This document shows, piece by piece, positions 40,201 to 50,511 of a stretch of DNA of 64,000 bases (position 1 is the stretch's first letter; each line of letters opens with the position of its first letter). This DNA comes from Tubulanus polymorphus (Eukaryota > Animalia > Nemertea). The stretch lies in the NCBI RefSeq assembly GCF_964204645.1, contig NC_134027.1, forward strand, positions 4,868,485 through 4,932,484. The letters run 5' to 3'. The notes beneath the pieces are model-generated. The model made no database searches. It saw only the letters and a program-made list of their open reading frames with translations, and was not told the DNA's origin. The position numbers and the translations under genes were made by a program.

Positions 40201-41635
40201 AGATGCCCCATTACCAGGTACGTTCCATTGATTATATCTCAGTATATTTCAATTGGGCACAAATAATTCACCCAACATTTAAAATGAACTTTTACAATTG
40301 ATATTGATATATTGTAGTTGCTGATACGAGGGTAATGTTATCTGCAATACCAGGTGTTGATGGATCTGATTATCTCAATGCTTCATTTCTTCATGTAAGT
40401 TTTTAGATAAAAGTTCTATATAATTTGCTGAAATGAATCTCTATCCATTGATATGTAAAGAATATTCATCTTCGTGGTTATTTGTATAGGGATATAACCA
40501 CAAAAAGGAATACATAGTGGCTCAGCATCCACTTAAAGAATACATGGAAGATTTCTGGAGAATGATCTGGGATCAAAATTCATCAACTGTCGTTGTGTTA
40601 ACAGAAATCAAAGATCCAGTAAGTCATTAAATGAATCGCATTTTGAAAATAATGAGATTCCCACCATAAGCAATGTAATACTGGTGATTATTTGTAGGAT
40701 TACACTAAATTCTGGCCTGTTATGGAGGAGCACTTGGATTGTTATAATTTCAAAGTCAGTCAGATAGAAGAACGTCAAAACCTGAACAGTGTCACCCTAG
40801 ACTTTTTACTCGAATCTAAACAGGTAATTTATTCATATTTAAGCAATCAGAAGATAACTTGAGGTTTACCGCTAGGTTATTATGGATGGCATAGTCGCAT
40901 TGTTTGCATTGTATTTATATAGGATGACTACGAGCTTATGACGAGGATAATTTGTTCGTCGTATTGGCCGGACGGTTGCGAGAACCTCAGTCGGGCATTC
41001 GAACTTCTAGTTACCGTCAAAAACTGGTACACTGATCATCGTTCTGGACCAATTATTGTCGTAGATTGGTAACAACATTTCTCTTCACGCTAGTTTACTA
41101 ATATTTAAGTATAAATGGGTCAGTAAATACTATAAAGATGTTTCATATTTTGACCTTTGTAGTATGGGTGGTGTGACTGCTGCTACTTTCTGTGCTCTAT
41201 CAACATTATACGACCAATTACATCACGAAGGCAAAATTGATGTCTATGAAATTGGTCGTATGTATTACCTAGAACGGCCTGGTGTATTCAAGAATGAGGT
41301 AAATCTTTTTGACTGAAGTAATGCGTTTATAAATTCATTAATTCTGATCGAAGTCTTGTGTCGCATTAAAATGTGACTTATTCGACGAAATTTTGTTGTG
41401 AATTTTACAGGAAGATCTGTCATTCATATACAAGGCAATGGAAAGCATTAGCAAAGACATTGTTGAGAAGGAATCTAGTGTGATGAATGGATATCATGCC
41501 CCGGGAAGTCCTCATAACAATCACACGCCATTACTACACAATTCATTATCTCACAGTCATAATCTAAACAACATGTCCATCCAGTACCGCCAGCGACAAG
41601 GAGAACGACCGCCACGTCCTGAAACAACCATCTGA
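31275..41635 (+). CDS. Ptp99A: Receptor-type protein tyrosine phosphatase, PTP99A-like (Ig-like + 4 FN3 + TM + D1 + D2)
   Basis: Signal peptide [20 protein letters not shown]; Ig-like exon 31428-31742; four FN3 repeats 32112-34457; [26 protein letters not shown]1 has [50 protein letters not shown]2 has PIIVVDCMGG (Asp at the catalytic motif as in PTP99A/PTPRG/PTPRZ). C-terminus ETTI*. Confidence 0.9.
31780..32026. mobile_element. Truncated MITE related to the 33695 element (intronic)
   Basis: Subterminal CCTGGAAAA / CAGGGAATTT repeats and right end AAAGTAGCCACCTTG; left TIR not recognisable. Confidence 0.5.
33695..33849. mobile_element. MITE, CAGGG termini, 5-bp TSD (intronic)
   Basis: CAGGGTGGGCATTT ... 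AAAGTGGCTGCCCTG, with ATAGA at 33690-33694 and 33850-33854. Confidence 0.7.
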
Positions 41636-44600
41636 TAGTGCGAATATTGTTGTTTGCAGCTTATGTTATCCAGTGCATGCATTTATAGTCATACACAGGC
41701 ATCTCCGGGTGGAATACGGGTGGATAGAAATCAAACTCAAGATCAGTGATCTTTAGACAATTATATTTCAAAATTATTATATTTAGATATATATATATCT
41801 ATTGAAATGATATACCGGTACTAAGATTCTATGGCTTCATAGTATGAAATTGTTAGTTGCCAATTGATGTGATATCTTTGGCCGTTTGGTTATTAGGAAA
41901 TACCACTTTTAACTTGTAGTATATTGGTAGGATACAAGTCGAGGAGATGTCTATGTTACACCTTGTAATGTCTCTCTAGTCCGTGTTGATGTGATGTTTT
42001 ATTAAGAATCCTATAAGATATACGGCTCTCTTTTAACTGAAAGTTGGATATTTAATGCGCTTGTTGCACTGCAAATGATCCCAGCAATTCCTAAATCTGG
42101 CGCATTTCTTAAAGAATGCAAAGCTAATTTGACCATTATCAATGTATTTCACTGTAATCAACTTTACATAACATTCTATACATGTAATCTCTTTCATTAT
42201 TATTGTTGTGTAGTTGTAATGAATATCTTTGCGCGTGTTTCTAAAACGCCCCGAAAGATTTTTGTCTTTCTCATTAATCATGCTGGTCATATTTTATTAA
42301 GTAGAGTAGATTGAATGGTACTGTTTCAGTTATTTCGCTCAGAAATCGTGGTTAGTTTGTATACTTCTGCTGGTTGATTTCTTAGTTGGAACGAATATGA
42401 TGCCTTCGTAAACTTTTCATTGGGAAAGTATTGAGTGTATGTGAACAATTTGCAAGCATTTTTATTTAATTTTCAAACAGCTCAGCAAATCTGTTTTCAG
42501 GTTCACTTATAGCTAGATCAACGTTGACAGTATATATCATGGGAATGATTGGAACTCGCTTTATTTCACATTCTTTTGATGTCAATAGAATCTTGGAACT
42601 GAAACTTGATAAGTTCTTCAGTTCTCCTTTAACTGACCTGATCTGGGAACTTGCTTGAAAATCTAAAATCGTAAGCGTTGTATCATTGGTTCGTGATGAA
42701 TTGAGCTTAGTTTATTCTAGATGTACTGCGGTACATTTTATTTTTTTGTTGGACAATTCGAGCTGGTCGAAATAGTTGTCTCCTTGTTGATTATTCCAGT
42801 TTATTTTTGTGACTATATTCGAATGAATGTTGTGAGATTGTGAATTGTATATAAACCATACTCTAGTGTTTAGCTAAGTCAGTAATTTTAGAACTTATAA
42901 TTTAAAAGTATATAAGTTTCTTTTACTTGTGATACAAAAAGAATTGTACATGCTTTTGTATTTGGTTATTTCTGTGTGTGTATATGGTTATTATTCTTTA
43001 CAATATGGATTGTTATTCGGGAAATGATTTGTTTACTAAAATGTACCTGTAGTTGGAAAAAAATTGAGATTCACCTTAGATTTCTAGCTCCTTGGCACTA
43101 ATAACGAATATAGATATTGATAGTGTAAATGTCAGTGTACTGACCAGTACTAAATTCATGTACAAGTAATATGAGAAAATTCTTTTTGTTGTTGGATTTT
43201 TGTGCAACTACTGCCAACCTTTTGTTATGTTTGGCAACGTGCATGTTTAGTTGATCGTTCTTTTCCTTAACTATTGTACGTAGTGTCGATATGAACTTAG
43301 AGTAATAAGACTGTATTACTCCAAAAGATATGACAAATTTACGACTGATTTATCTCCTCGTTAGTGAAAAATCATATTTATGAAATACAGACAGCGATCC
43401 TGGTGAAAACATCAGGTCTTTTCAACCTGTATTGCATAATTATCGTAATTTTGTACGCGTGACAAAATTCTGATTATGTATATGCAAATAATGATAACGC
43501 ACACAGTTCTTACAATATACTGATTCCATTGAAAATCATCATTGTCTGAAGAATCTATTTTCAATCCCGTGAAAACCTTAAATCCTATTTATATCAATAT
43601 GACATGGTTTCACTTAGATCAGCCTGCAAGAGGATTTGCAGTCATCTGTTATCGTAGATCCAGCTACATATATACTGTACATTTCGACTTTGATATTTTT
43701 GTATAAATCATTTTTATAAAATTTGCCACTGCGATGTTGCTTTTCGGCTTCATTTCGTATATTTTCTAAAGATCAATATTGTTTTCTATTGATAAGTCTT
43801 GCTACGTACAATTTATGATGCAAATCAATGTCGAGGTGTGTGTTTTTGCTTTATGTGCTAAAATGCTGTTGATGCTTCAGAAGTATTGGCTGCATAGAAA
43901 AAGTAAAAAAGATTAACTATACATCTAATAGAATCGGCCTTGGACCAGTAGTTTTCAGACTTAAACCTGGCCGATTTATGTTAAGTTTTAAAGTAAAACG
44001 AAGCATGGTCTTAAGTTTTAGAATTTCTGCTTCCCCATATTTTGCAAGGTGTATACATATATTACTATTTATTACGTGAAATATTAATTCGATTAAAAAG
44101 CATTAAGCAATTATATCACTTGGCTTATTCTCGATCATATTTGGAATATATTCACTTTTCCTGTCAGCTGAAAATATATATCAACGGCTACATACAAATG
44201 AATAACATTGACTGGAATGAAGCTTTGTAAAATTTCTTTTTTTGTTATATTATTTAATGTGATTGTAAATGAAGATGTTATGTAAATATAAGATACAATA
44301 AAGATAGAAATGATACGTGTTGTGTACATTACGAATAATCGACGATTATTATTATGATTATTATTATATACATGTAATTATGGCGAGATGTCTAAAATTA
44401 AACAGAACAAATTGCTTTCAAATTAACTCTTCGAATTTGTCTTTTCTTAATTTCCATAAAGGAGACTTTAAATGGAGTAAGTGAGGTAACCCAAGCGAAA
44501 TGAATAAAGGCGATCTAGAGGAATAGCTTTCTACGTACATGTACATGAAATCAATAGACAAATAATAAGAAAACCAATTAAATCACAAAAAAGATTTGTA

Positions 44601-44730
44601 TTCGAACCCAACCGTTGTGTGTACGCGCTGAGCCTGTGGGGTGGAGAAATGATGGAGTAGTAAGATGTTTGGGGGAAAATGCAGGAATTACCGACATTTC
44701 ATTTTGCTGACTCGTACCAAATGTGTAGGT

Positions 44731-45690
44731 CTACGATTTTTGCCGATTTCTGCAGAAAAGTGTGTCACAGAAATAATCACGAATTTCTTGTCCAAGTAAA
44801 AGATATATATAGAAATTTATGACATAGTTTAAAGTTAAGAAATTATTGAATATATTATAAATGAAATATTGCTGGTCTCCAGGAATTGGCAAAAATGCAG
44901 TAATAGTGGTTGGAATCGTGAATAACGTAAACGCCAGCGAAACTGTCACAAGCATTATCGTTGTACGTTTTGCTTTCGTGATTTTCTTATCAGTTGAAAC
45001 TATTGAACCTTTGAATAACTGGACAATTATAACGATATTGGAAGTAATAATTAAGGTCAATGGCACCACATACACGTAGACAACGCCGAAAATATTAATG
45101 ATTATGAATTCGTTGAATGAGCGGTAGTGACATCCGAAATGTTTGGAAAAATCCATAATCGTTGGAAGAATTCCTACAACCATAGCGTTCACTACGAAAA
45201 TGACCGCTATAACACATCGTGCGAATCTGGGTGTGCATATCAAACGAGACGTGAACGGGAAGAGCACAACTGCCGCACGTTCTAGAGAAATAGCTACTAT
45301 AAACCATGAACTCGTAAAGCACGAAAGCTCCATTATATATTCGTAAATTTGACAACTTATCAACGAAATCATCAGATTTATTGGACCGACGTTTGGGTGA
45401 AATAGGACATACTGTATCACAGGCATCAGCGTGCAGTTCAGACAAAACATATAATCGCAGATAGATAAGCCGATAAGATAATTAGCATAAGATAAACTAC
45501 GAAATTTATGACTTATCATTATGAGGAAAGTAGCTGAATTTCCGAATGCTCCCAGTGAAAATACGATCAGCAAAAATACTATTGTTACCACGCGATGAAT
45601 ACCAGATTTATTTTGCACAGACATAAGTAAAATGTAACTACTGTACGCCCGACCAATCTGCATATTTGTAGAATTCTCCGTAGAATTCAT
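44731..45690 (-). CDS. Intronless orphan rhodopsin-class (peptide-receptor-like) GPCR, copy 1
   Basis: 319 aa with 7 hydrophobic segments, N-terminal N-glycosylation sites, GN in TM1, LSICD in TM2, C in TM3, ISLERA, ECL2 Cys, and NFYIY in TM7. Confidence 0.93.
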   Translation of the reverse strand: MNSTENSTNMQIGRAYSSYILLMSVQNKSGIHRVVTIVFLLIVFSLGAFGNSATFLIMISHKFRSLSYANYLIGLSICDYMFCLNCTLMPVIQYVLFHPNVGPINLMISLISCQIYEYIMELSCFTSSWFIVAISLERAAVVLFPFTSRLICTPRFARCVIAVIFVVNAMVVGILPTIMDFSKHFGCHYRSFNEFIIINIFGVVYVYVVPLTLIITSNIVIIVQLFKGSIVSTDKKITKAKRTTIMLVTVSLAFTLFTIPTTITAFLPIPGDQQYFIYNIFNNFLTLNYVINFYIYLLLGQEIRDYFCDTLFCRNRQKS

Positions 45691-47373
45691 GATTTACGAG
45701 AAACCACGAGTCAGATGATTATGAAAAATATGAAAAATGAAGGATGTCTCCTGCACTGTATATCTATTCATATTTGTTCATGTCAATCTTGTTTGATTTT
45801 ACTACGAATACATATTTGTCACATAATCAAATCAGTCGTTCAACAATCATCCGACTTATTGGTGTTGAATTGTTAATTTGTAAAACTTCGCATAGAATTG
45901 ATTCAACCAACTTAAATGTGATATTGTAAATATCATATAAAATGTGATATGATAATGTACTATAATGTAATATAATGTTACAATAATATTGTTAGATATG
46001 ATATAACAAAATCCTCTGGAATTGGTAGAATGCAGTGATATATTAGCTGGAAGTGTAGGGTTGATTTATATAGCCCCTCTTAAACTGTCCACTATTTACG
46101 TAAGCTCTCGGTAAACAGGTGATGGTCTTAGATATTCCTCAAATGTCCTAAATACACGCCAAATGATTACAGACGATATGATCATTGTCTGAAGAATCTA
46201 TTTTCAATCCCGTGAAAACCTTAAATCCTATTTATATCAATATGACATGGTTTCACTTAGATCAGCCTGCAAGAGGATTTGCAGTCATCTGTTATCGTAG
46301 ATCCAGCTACATATATACTGTACATTTCGACTTTGATATTTTTGTATAAATCATTTTTATAAAATTTGCCACTGCGATGTTGCTTTTCGGCTTCATTTCG
46401 TATATTTTCTAAAGATCAATATTGTTTTCTATTGATAAGTCTTGCTACGTACAATTTATGATGCAAATCAATGTCGAGGTGTGTGTTTTTGCTTTATGTG
46501 CTAAAATGCTGTTGATGCTTCAGAAGTATTGGCTGCATAGAAAAAGTAAAAAAGATTAACTATACATCCAATAGAATCGGCCTTTGACCAGTAGTTTTCA
46601 GACTTAAACCTGGCCGATTTATGTTAAGTTTTAAAGTAAAACGAAGCATGGTCTTAAGTTTTAGAATTTCTGCTTCCCCATATTTTGCAAGGTGTATACA
46701 TATATTACTATTTATTACGTGAAATATTAATTCGATTAAAAAGCATTAAGCAATTATATCACTTGGCTTATTCTCGATCATATTTGGAATATATTCACTT
46801 TTCCTGTCAGCTGAAAATATATATCAACGGCTACATACAAATGAATAACATTGACTGGAATGAAGCTTTGTAAAATTTCTTTTTTTGTTATATTATTTAA
46901 TGTGATTGTAAATGAAGATGTTATGTAAATATAAGATACAATAAAGATAGAAATGATACGTGTTGTGTACATTACGAATAATCGACGATTATTATTATGA
47001 TTATTATTATATACATGTAATTATGGCGAGATGTCTAAAATTAAACAGAACAAATTGCTTTCAAATTAACTCTTCGAATTTGTCTTTTCTTAATTTCCAT
47101 AAAGGAGACTTTAAATGGAGTAAGTGAGGTAACCCAAGCGAAATGAATAAAGGCGATCTAGAGGAATAGCTTTCTACGTACATGTACATGAAATCAATAG
47201 ACAAATAATAAGAAAACCAATTAAATCACAAAAAAGATTTGTATTCGAACCCAACCGTTGTGTGTACGCGCTGAGCCTGTGGGGTGGAGAAATGATGGAG
47301 TAGTAAGATGTTTGGGGGAAAATGCAGGAATTACCGACATTTCATTTTGCTGACTCGTACCAAATGTTTAGGT

Positions 47374-48333
47374 CTACGATTTTTGCCGATTTCTGCAGAA
47401 AAGTGTGTCACAGAAATAATCACGAATTTCTTGTCCAAGTAAAAGATATATATAGAAATTTATGACATAGTTTAAAGTTAAGAAATTATTGAATATATTA
47501 TAAATGAAATATTGCTGGTCTGCAGGAATTGGCAAAAATGCAGTAATAGTGGTTGGAATCGTGAATAACGTAAACGCCAGCGAAACTGTCACAAGCATTA
47601 TCGTTGTACGTTTTGCTTTCGTGATTTTCTTATCAGTTGAAACTATTGAACCTTTGAATAACTGGACAATAATAACGATATTGGAAGTAATAATTAAGGT
47701 CAATGGCACCACATACACGTAGACAACGCCGAAAATCAAGAGAATTATGAATTGGTTGAATAAGCGATAGTGACATCCTAAATGTATTGAAAAATCCATC
47801 ATCGTTGGAAGAATTCCTACAACCATAACGTTCACTACGAAAATGACCGCTATAACACATCGTGCGAATCTGGGTGTGCATATCAAACGAGACGTGAACG
47901 GGAAGAGCACAACTGCCGCACGTTCTAGAGAAATAGCTACTATAAACCATGAACTCGTAAAGCACGAAAGCTCCATTATATATTCGTAAATTTGACAACT
48001 TATCAACGAAATCATCAGATTTATTGGACCGACGTTTGGGTGAAATAGGACATACTGTATCACAGGCATCAGCGTGCAGTTCAGACAAAACATATAATCG
48101 CAGATAGATAAGCCGATAAGATAATTAGCATAAGTTAAACTACGAAATTTATGACTTATCATTATGAGGAAAGTAGCTGAATTTCCGAACGCTCCCAGTG
48201 AAAATACGATCAGCAAAAATACTATTGTTACCACGCGATGAATACCAGATTTATTTTGCACAGACATAAGTAAAATGTAACTACTGTACGCCCGACCAAT
48301 CTGCACATTTGTAGAATTCTCCGTAGAATTCAT
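47374..48333 (-). CDS. Intronless orphan rhodopsin-class GPCR, copy 2
   Basis: 319 aa; ~11 aa differences from copy 1; same motifs. Confidence 0.93.
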   Translation of the reverse strand: MNSTENSTNVQIGRAYSSYILLMSVQNKSGIHRVVTIVFLLIVFSLGAFGNSATFLIMISHKFRSLTYANYLIGLSICDYMFCLNCTLMPVIQYVLFHPNVGPINLMISLISCQIYEYIMELSCFTSSWFIVAISLERAAVVLFPFTSRLICTPRFARCVIAVIFVVNVMVVGILPTMMDFSIHLGCHYRLFNQFIILLIFGVVYVYVVPLTLIITSNIVIIVQLFKGSIVSTDKKITKAKRTTIMLVTVSLAFTLFTIPTTITAFLPIPADQQYFIYNIFNNFLTLNYVINFYIYLLLGQEIRDYFCDTLFCRNRQKS

Positions 48334-49539
48334 GATTTACGAGAAACCACGAGTCAGATGATTATGAAAAATATGAAAAATGAAGGATGTCTCCTGCACT
48401 GTATATCTATTCATATTTGTTCATGTCAATCTTGTTTGATTTTACTACGAATACATATTTGTCACATAATCAAATCAGTCGTTCAACAATCATCCGACTT
48501 ATTGGTGTTGAATTGTTAATTTGTAAAACTTCGCATAGAATTGATTCAACCAACTTAAATGTGATATTGTAAATATCATATAAAATGTGATATGATAATG
48601 TACTATAATGTAATATAATGTTACAATAATATTGTTAGATATAATATGACAAAATCCTCTGGAATTGGTAGAATGCAGTGATATATTACTCGGTAAACAG
48701 GTGATGGTCTTAGATATTCCTCAAATGTCCAAAATACACGCCAAATGATTACAGACGATATGATCTGATCGCTTCCGTAGTTCTGTGGCTCCGTGCGAAA
48801 TTTCGTTTCTTTTTTGTTTACAATATTTGATATTTAAGTCAGCAATATCTATCTTCATATTGTTTGAATACCCATTTACAACTTTAAATAGATACCTTGT
48901 ATCAATACAAAAATACGTAGGGATTGACCGTGTTGTTTATTTGATAGGTAGATTTCGTTTGATTAGTTTTGATTTGGTGTACCTTACAAACCCACCACAC
49001 CTGCTGGGAGCGAAAAAGGAGTGATTTTAAATCGAAAATTGAAGTACAGATATAAGTGCGTGAGGAGCGGTCGAAAACAGATTTTTCTTTTTTAAATCGA
49101 AGTACATATATAATTGGTAATTTTGGTTCTGATTCATTCAAGCGATCTTCCAACCAACCTGAACCGGCCAGCGACTGATTAGAGATAATTTTGTATGCTA
49201 ATGTTGGAAACAACTTCATAACTATGTTGACGATTTTGATTCCATTTTGTCAATCTCTATATTTTTTGTCGTTTTCCTCGTCTAAATAGCCCGGAAGTTT
49301 ATCTATCTATTTTCTTGGTTAAGTTTCGTTTGTTTATCGTATAACTCACTTGGTAACTTTTTTTTAACCTCTTTTTGGTTTTACTACGTCACCCAGCTAA
49401 GTAATGGGATGTGGGATGAATTTCTTTAAATATTTCGTAATGCACGTATTGTCCAGTTGTACGAAGCATTGGGAACTGAGGAAAGGAATAGGGAAACATT
49501 ACGAACAAAAGTACTGGAAATTCCAACTTTTTATACTGC

Positions 49540-50511
49540 CTACTCGTAGGCCAACGATTTTTGCCGCTTTCTGAAGAAAAGTTTGTCGCAGAAATATTCA
49601 CGAATTTCTTGACCAAGTAAAAGATATATATAGAAATTTATGACATAGTTTAACGTTAGGAAATTATTGGATATGTCATAAATGAAATATTGCTGGTCTG
49701 CAGGAATTGGCAAAAACGCAGTAATAGTGGTTGGAATCGTGAATAACGTAAACGCCAGTGAAACTGTTACAAGCATTATCGTTGTACGTTTTGCTTTCGT
49801 GATTTTCTTATCAGTTGAAACTATTGAACCTTTGAATAACTGGACAATTATAACGATATTGGAAGTAATAATTAATGTCAACGGTACAATATACACGTGG
49901 GCAACGCCGAAAATCATGAAAATTATGAATTGGTTGAATAAGCGATAGTGACATCCTAAATGCATTGAAAAATCCATCATCTTCGGAAGAATTCCTAGAA
50001 TATTAGCGTTCAGTACGAACATGACGGATATAACGCATCGCGCGAATCTGGGTGTGCATATCAAACGAGACGTGAACGGGAAGAGCACAACTGCCGCACG
50101 TTCTAGAGATATCGCTACTATTAACCATGAACTCATAAAGCTTGCAAGCTCCATTATAAATTCGTAAATTTGACAGCTTATCAACGAAATCATCAGATTT
50201 ATTGGACCGATGTTTGGATGAAATAGTACATACTGTATCACAGGCATCAGCGTGCAGTTCAGACAAAACATAAAATCACAGATAGATAAGCTGATAAGAT
50301 AATTAGCATAAGATAAACTACGAAATTTACGACTTATCATTATCAGGAAAGTAGCTGAATTTCCGAAGGCTCCCAGTGAAAATACGATCAGCAAAAATAC
50401 TATTGTGATCATGCGATGAATACCAGATTTACTTGCCACAGACATTAGTAAAATGTAACTACTGTACGCCCGACCAATCTGCACATTTGTAGAATTCTCC
50501 GTAGAATTCAT
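49540..50511 (-). CDS. Intronless orphan rhodopsin-class GPCR, copy 3 (older paralog)
   Basis: 323 aa; same motifs, more diverged; flanks only weakly similar to copies 1/2. Confidence 0.93.
   Translation of the reverse strand: MNSTENSTNVQIGRAYSSYILLMSVASKSGIHRMITIVFLLIVFSLGAFGNSATFLIMISRKFRSLSYANYLISLSICDFMFCLNCTLMPVIQYVLFHPNIGPINLMISLISCQIYEFIMELASFMSSWLIVAISLERAAVVLFPFTSRLICTPRFARCVISVMFVLNANILGILPKMMDFSMHLGCHYRLFNQFIIFMIFGVAHVYIVPLTLIITSNIVIIVQLFKGSIVSTDKKITKAKRTTIMLVTVSLAFTLFTIPTTITAFLPIPADQQYFIYDISNNFLTLNYVINFYIYLLLGQEIREYFCDKLFFRKRQKSLAYE

Larger units (their letters stand above)
43538..48765. repeat. Recent tandem duplication, 2643-bp unit carrying a GPCR gene
   Basis: ATCATTGTCTGAAGAATC begins at 43538 and 46181, and the sequences are near-identical. 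Copy 2 ends ..GACGATATGATC at 48765 and lacks ~61 bp present near 46045-46107. Confidence 0.97.

Noticed and set aside
41040-41200. PTP D2 missing the HCxxG catalytic motif as a sign of pseudogenisation
   Set aside because: Asp-substituted inactive D2 is the normal state for the PTP99A/PTPRG/PTPRZ group.
44042-48572. Identical small ORF pairs (44042/46685, 44135/46778, 45744/48387) and antisense ORFs in the GPCRs
   Set aside because: By-products of the tandem duplication and antisense frames, not independent genes.
44731-50511. GPCRs as cognate receptors of the nearby allatostatin-A peptides
   Set aside because: AstA receptors are galanin-type with DRF/NPxxY motifs; these are divergent NFxxY orphans. 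Ligand-receptor linkage is not expected in animals.
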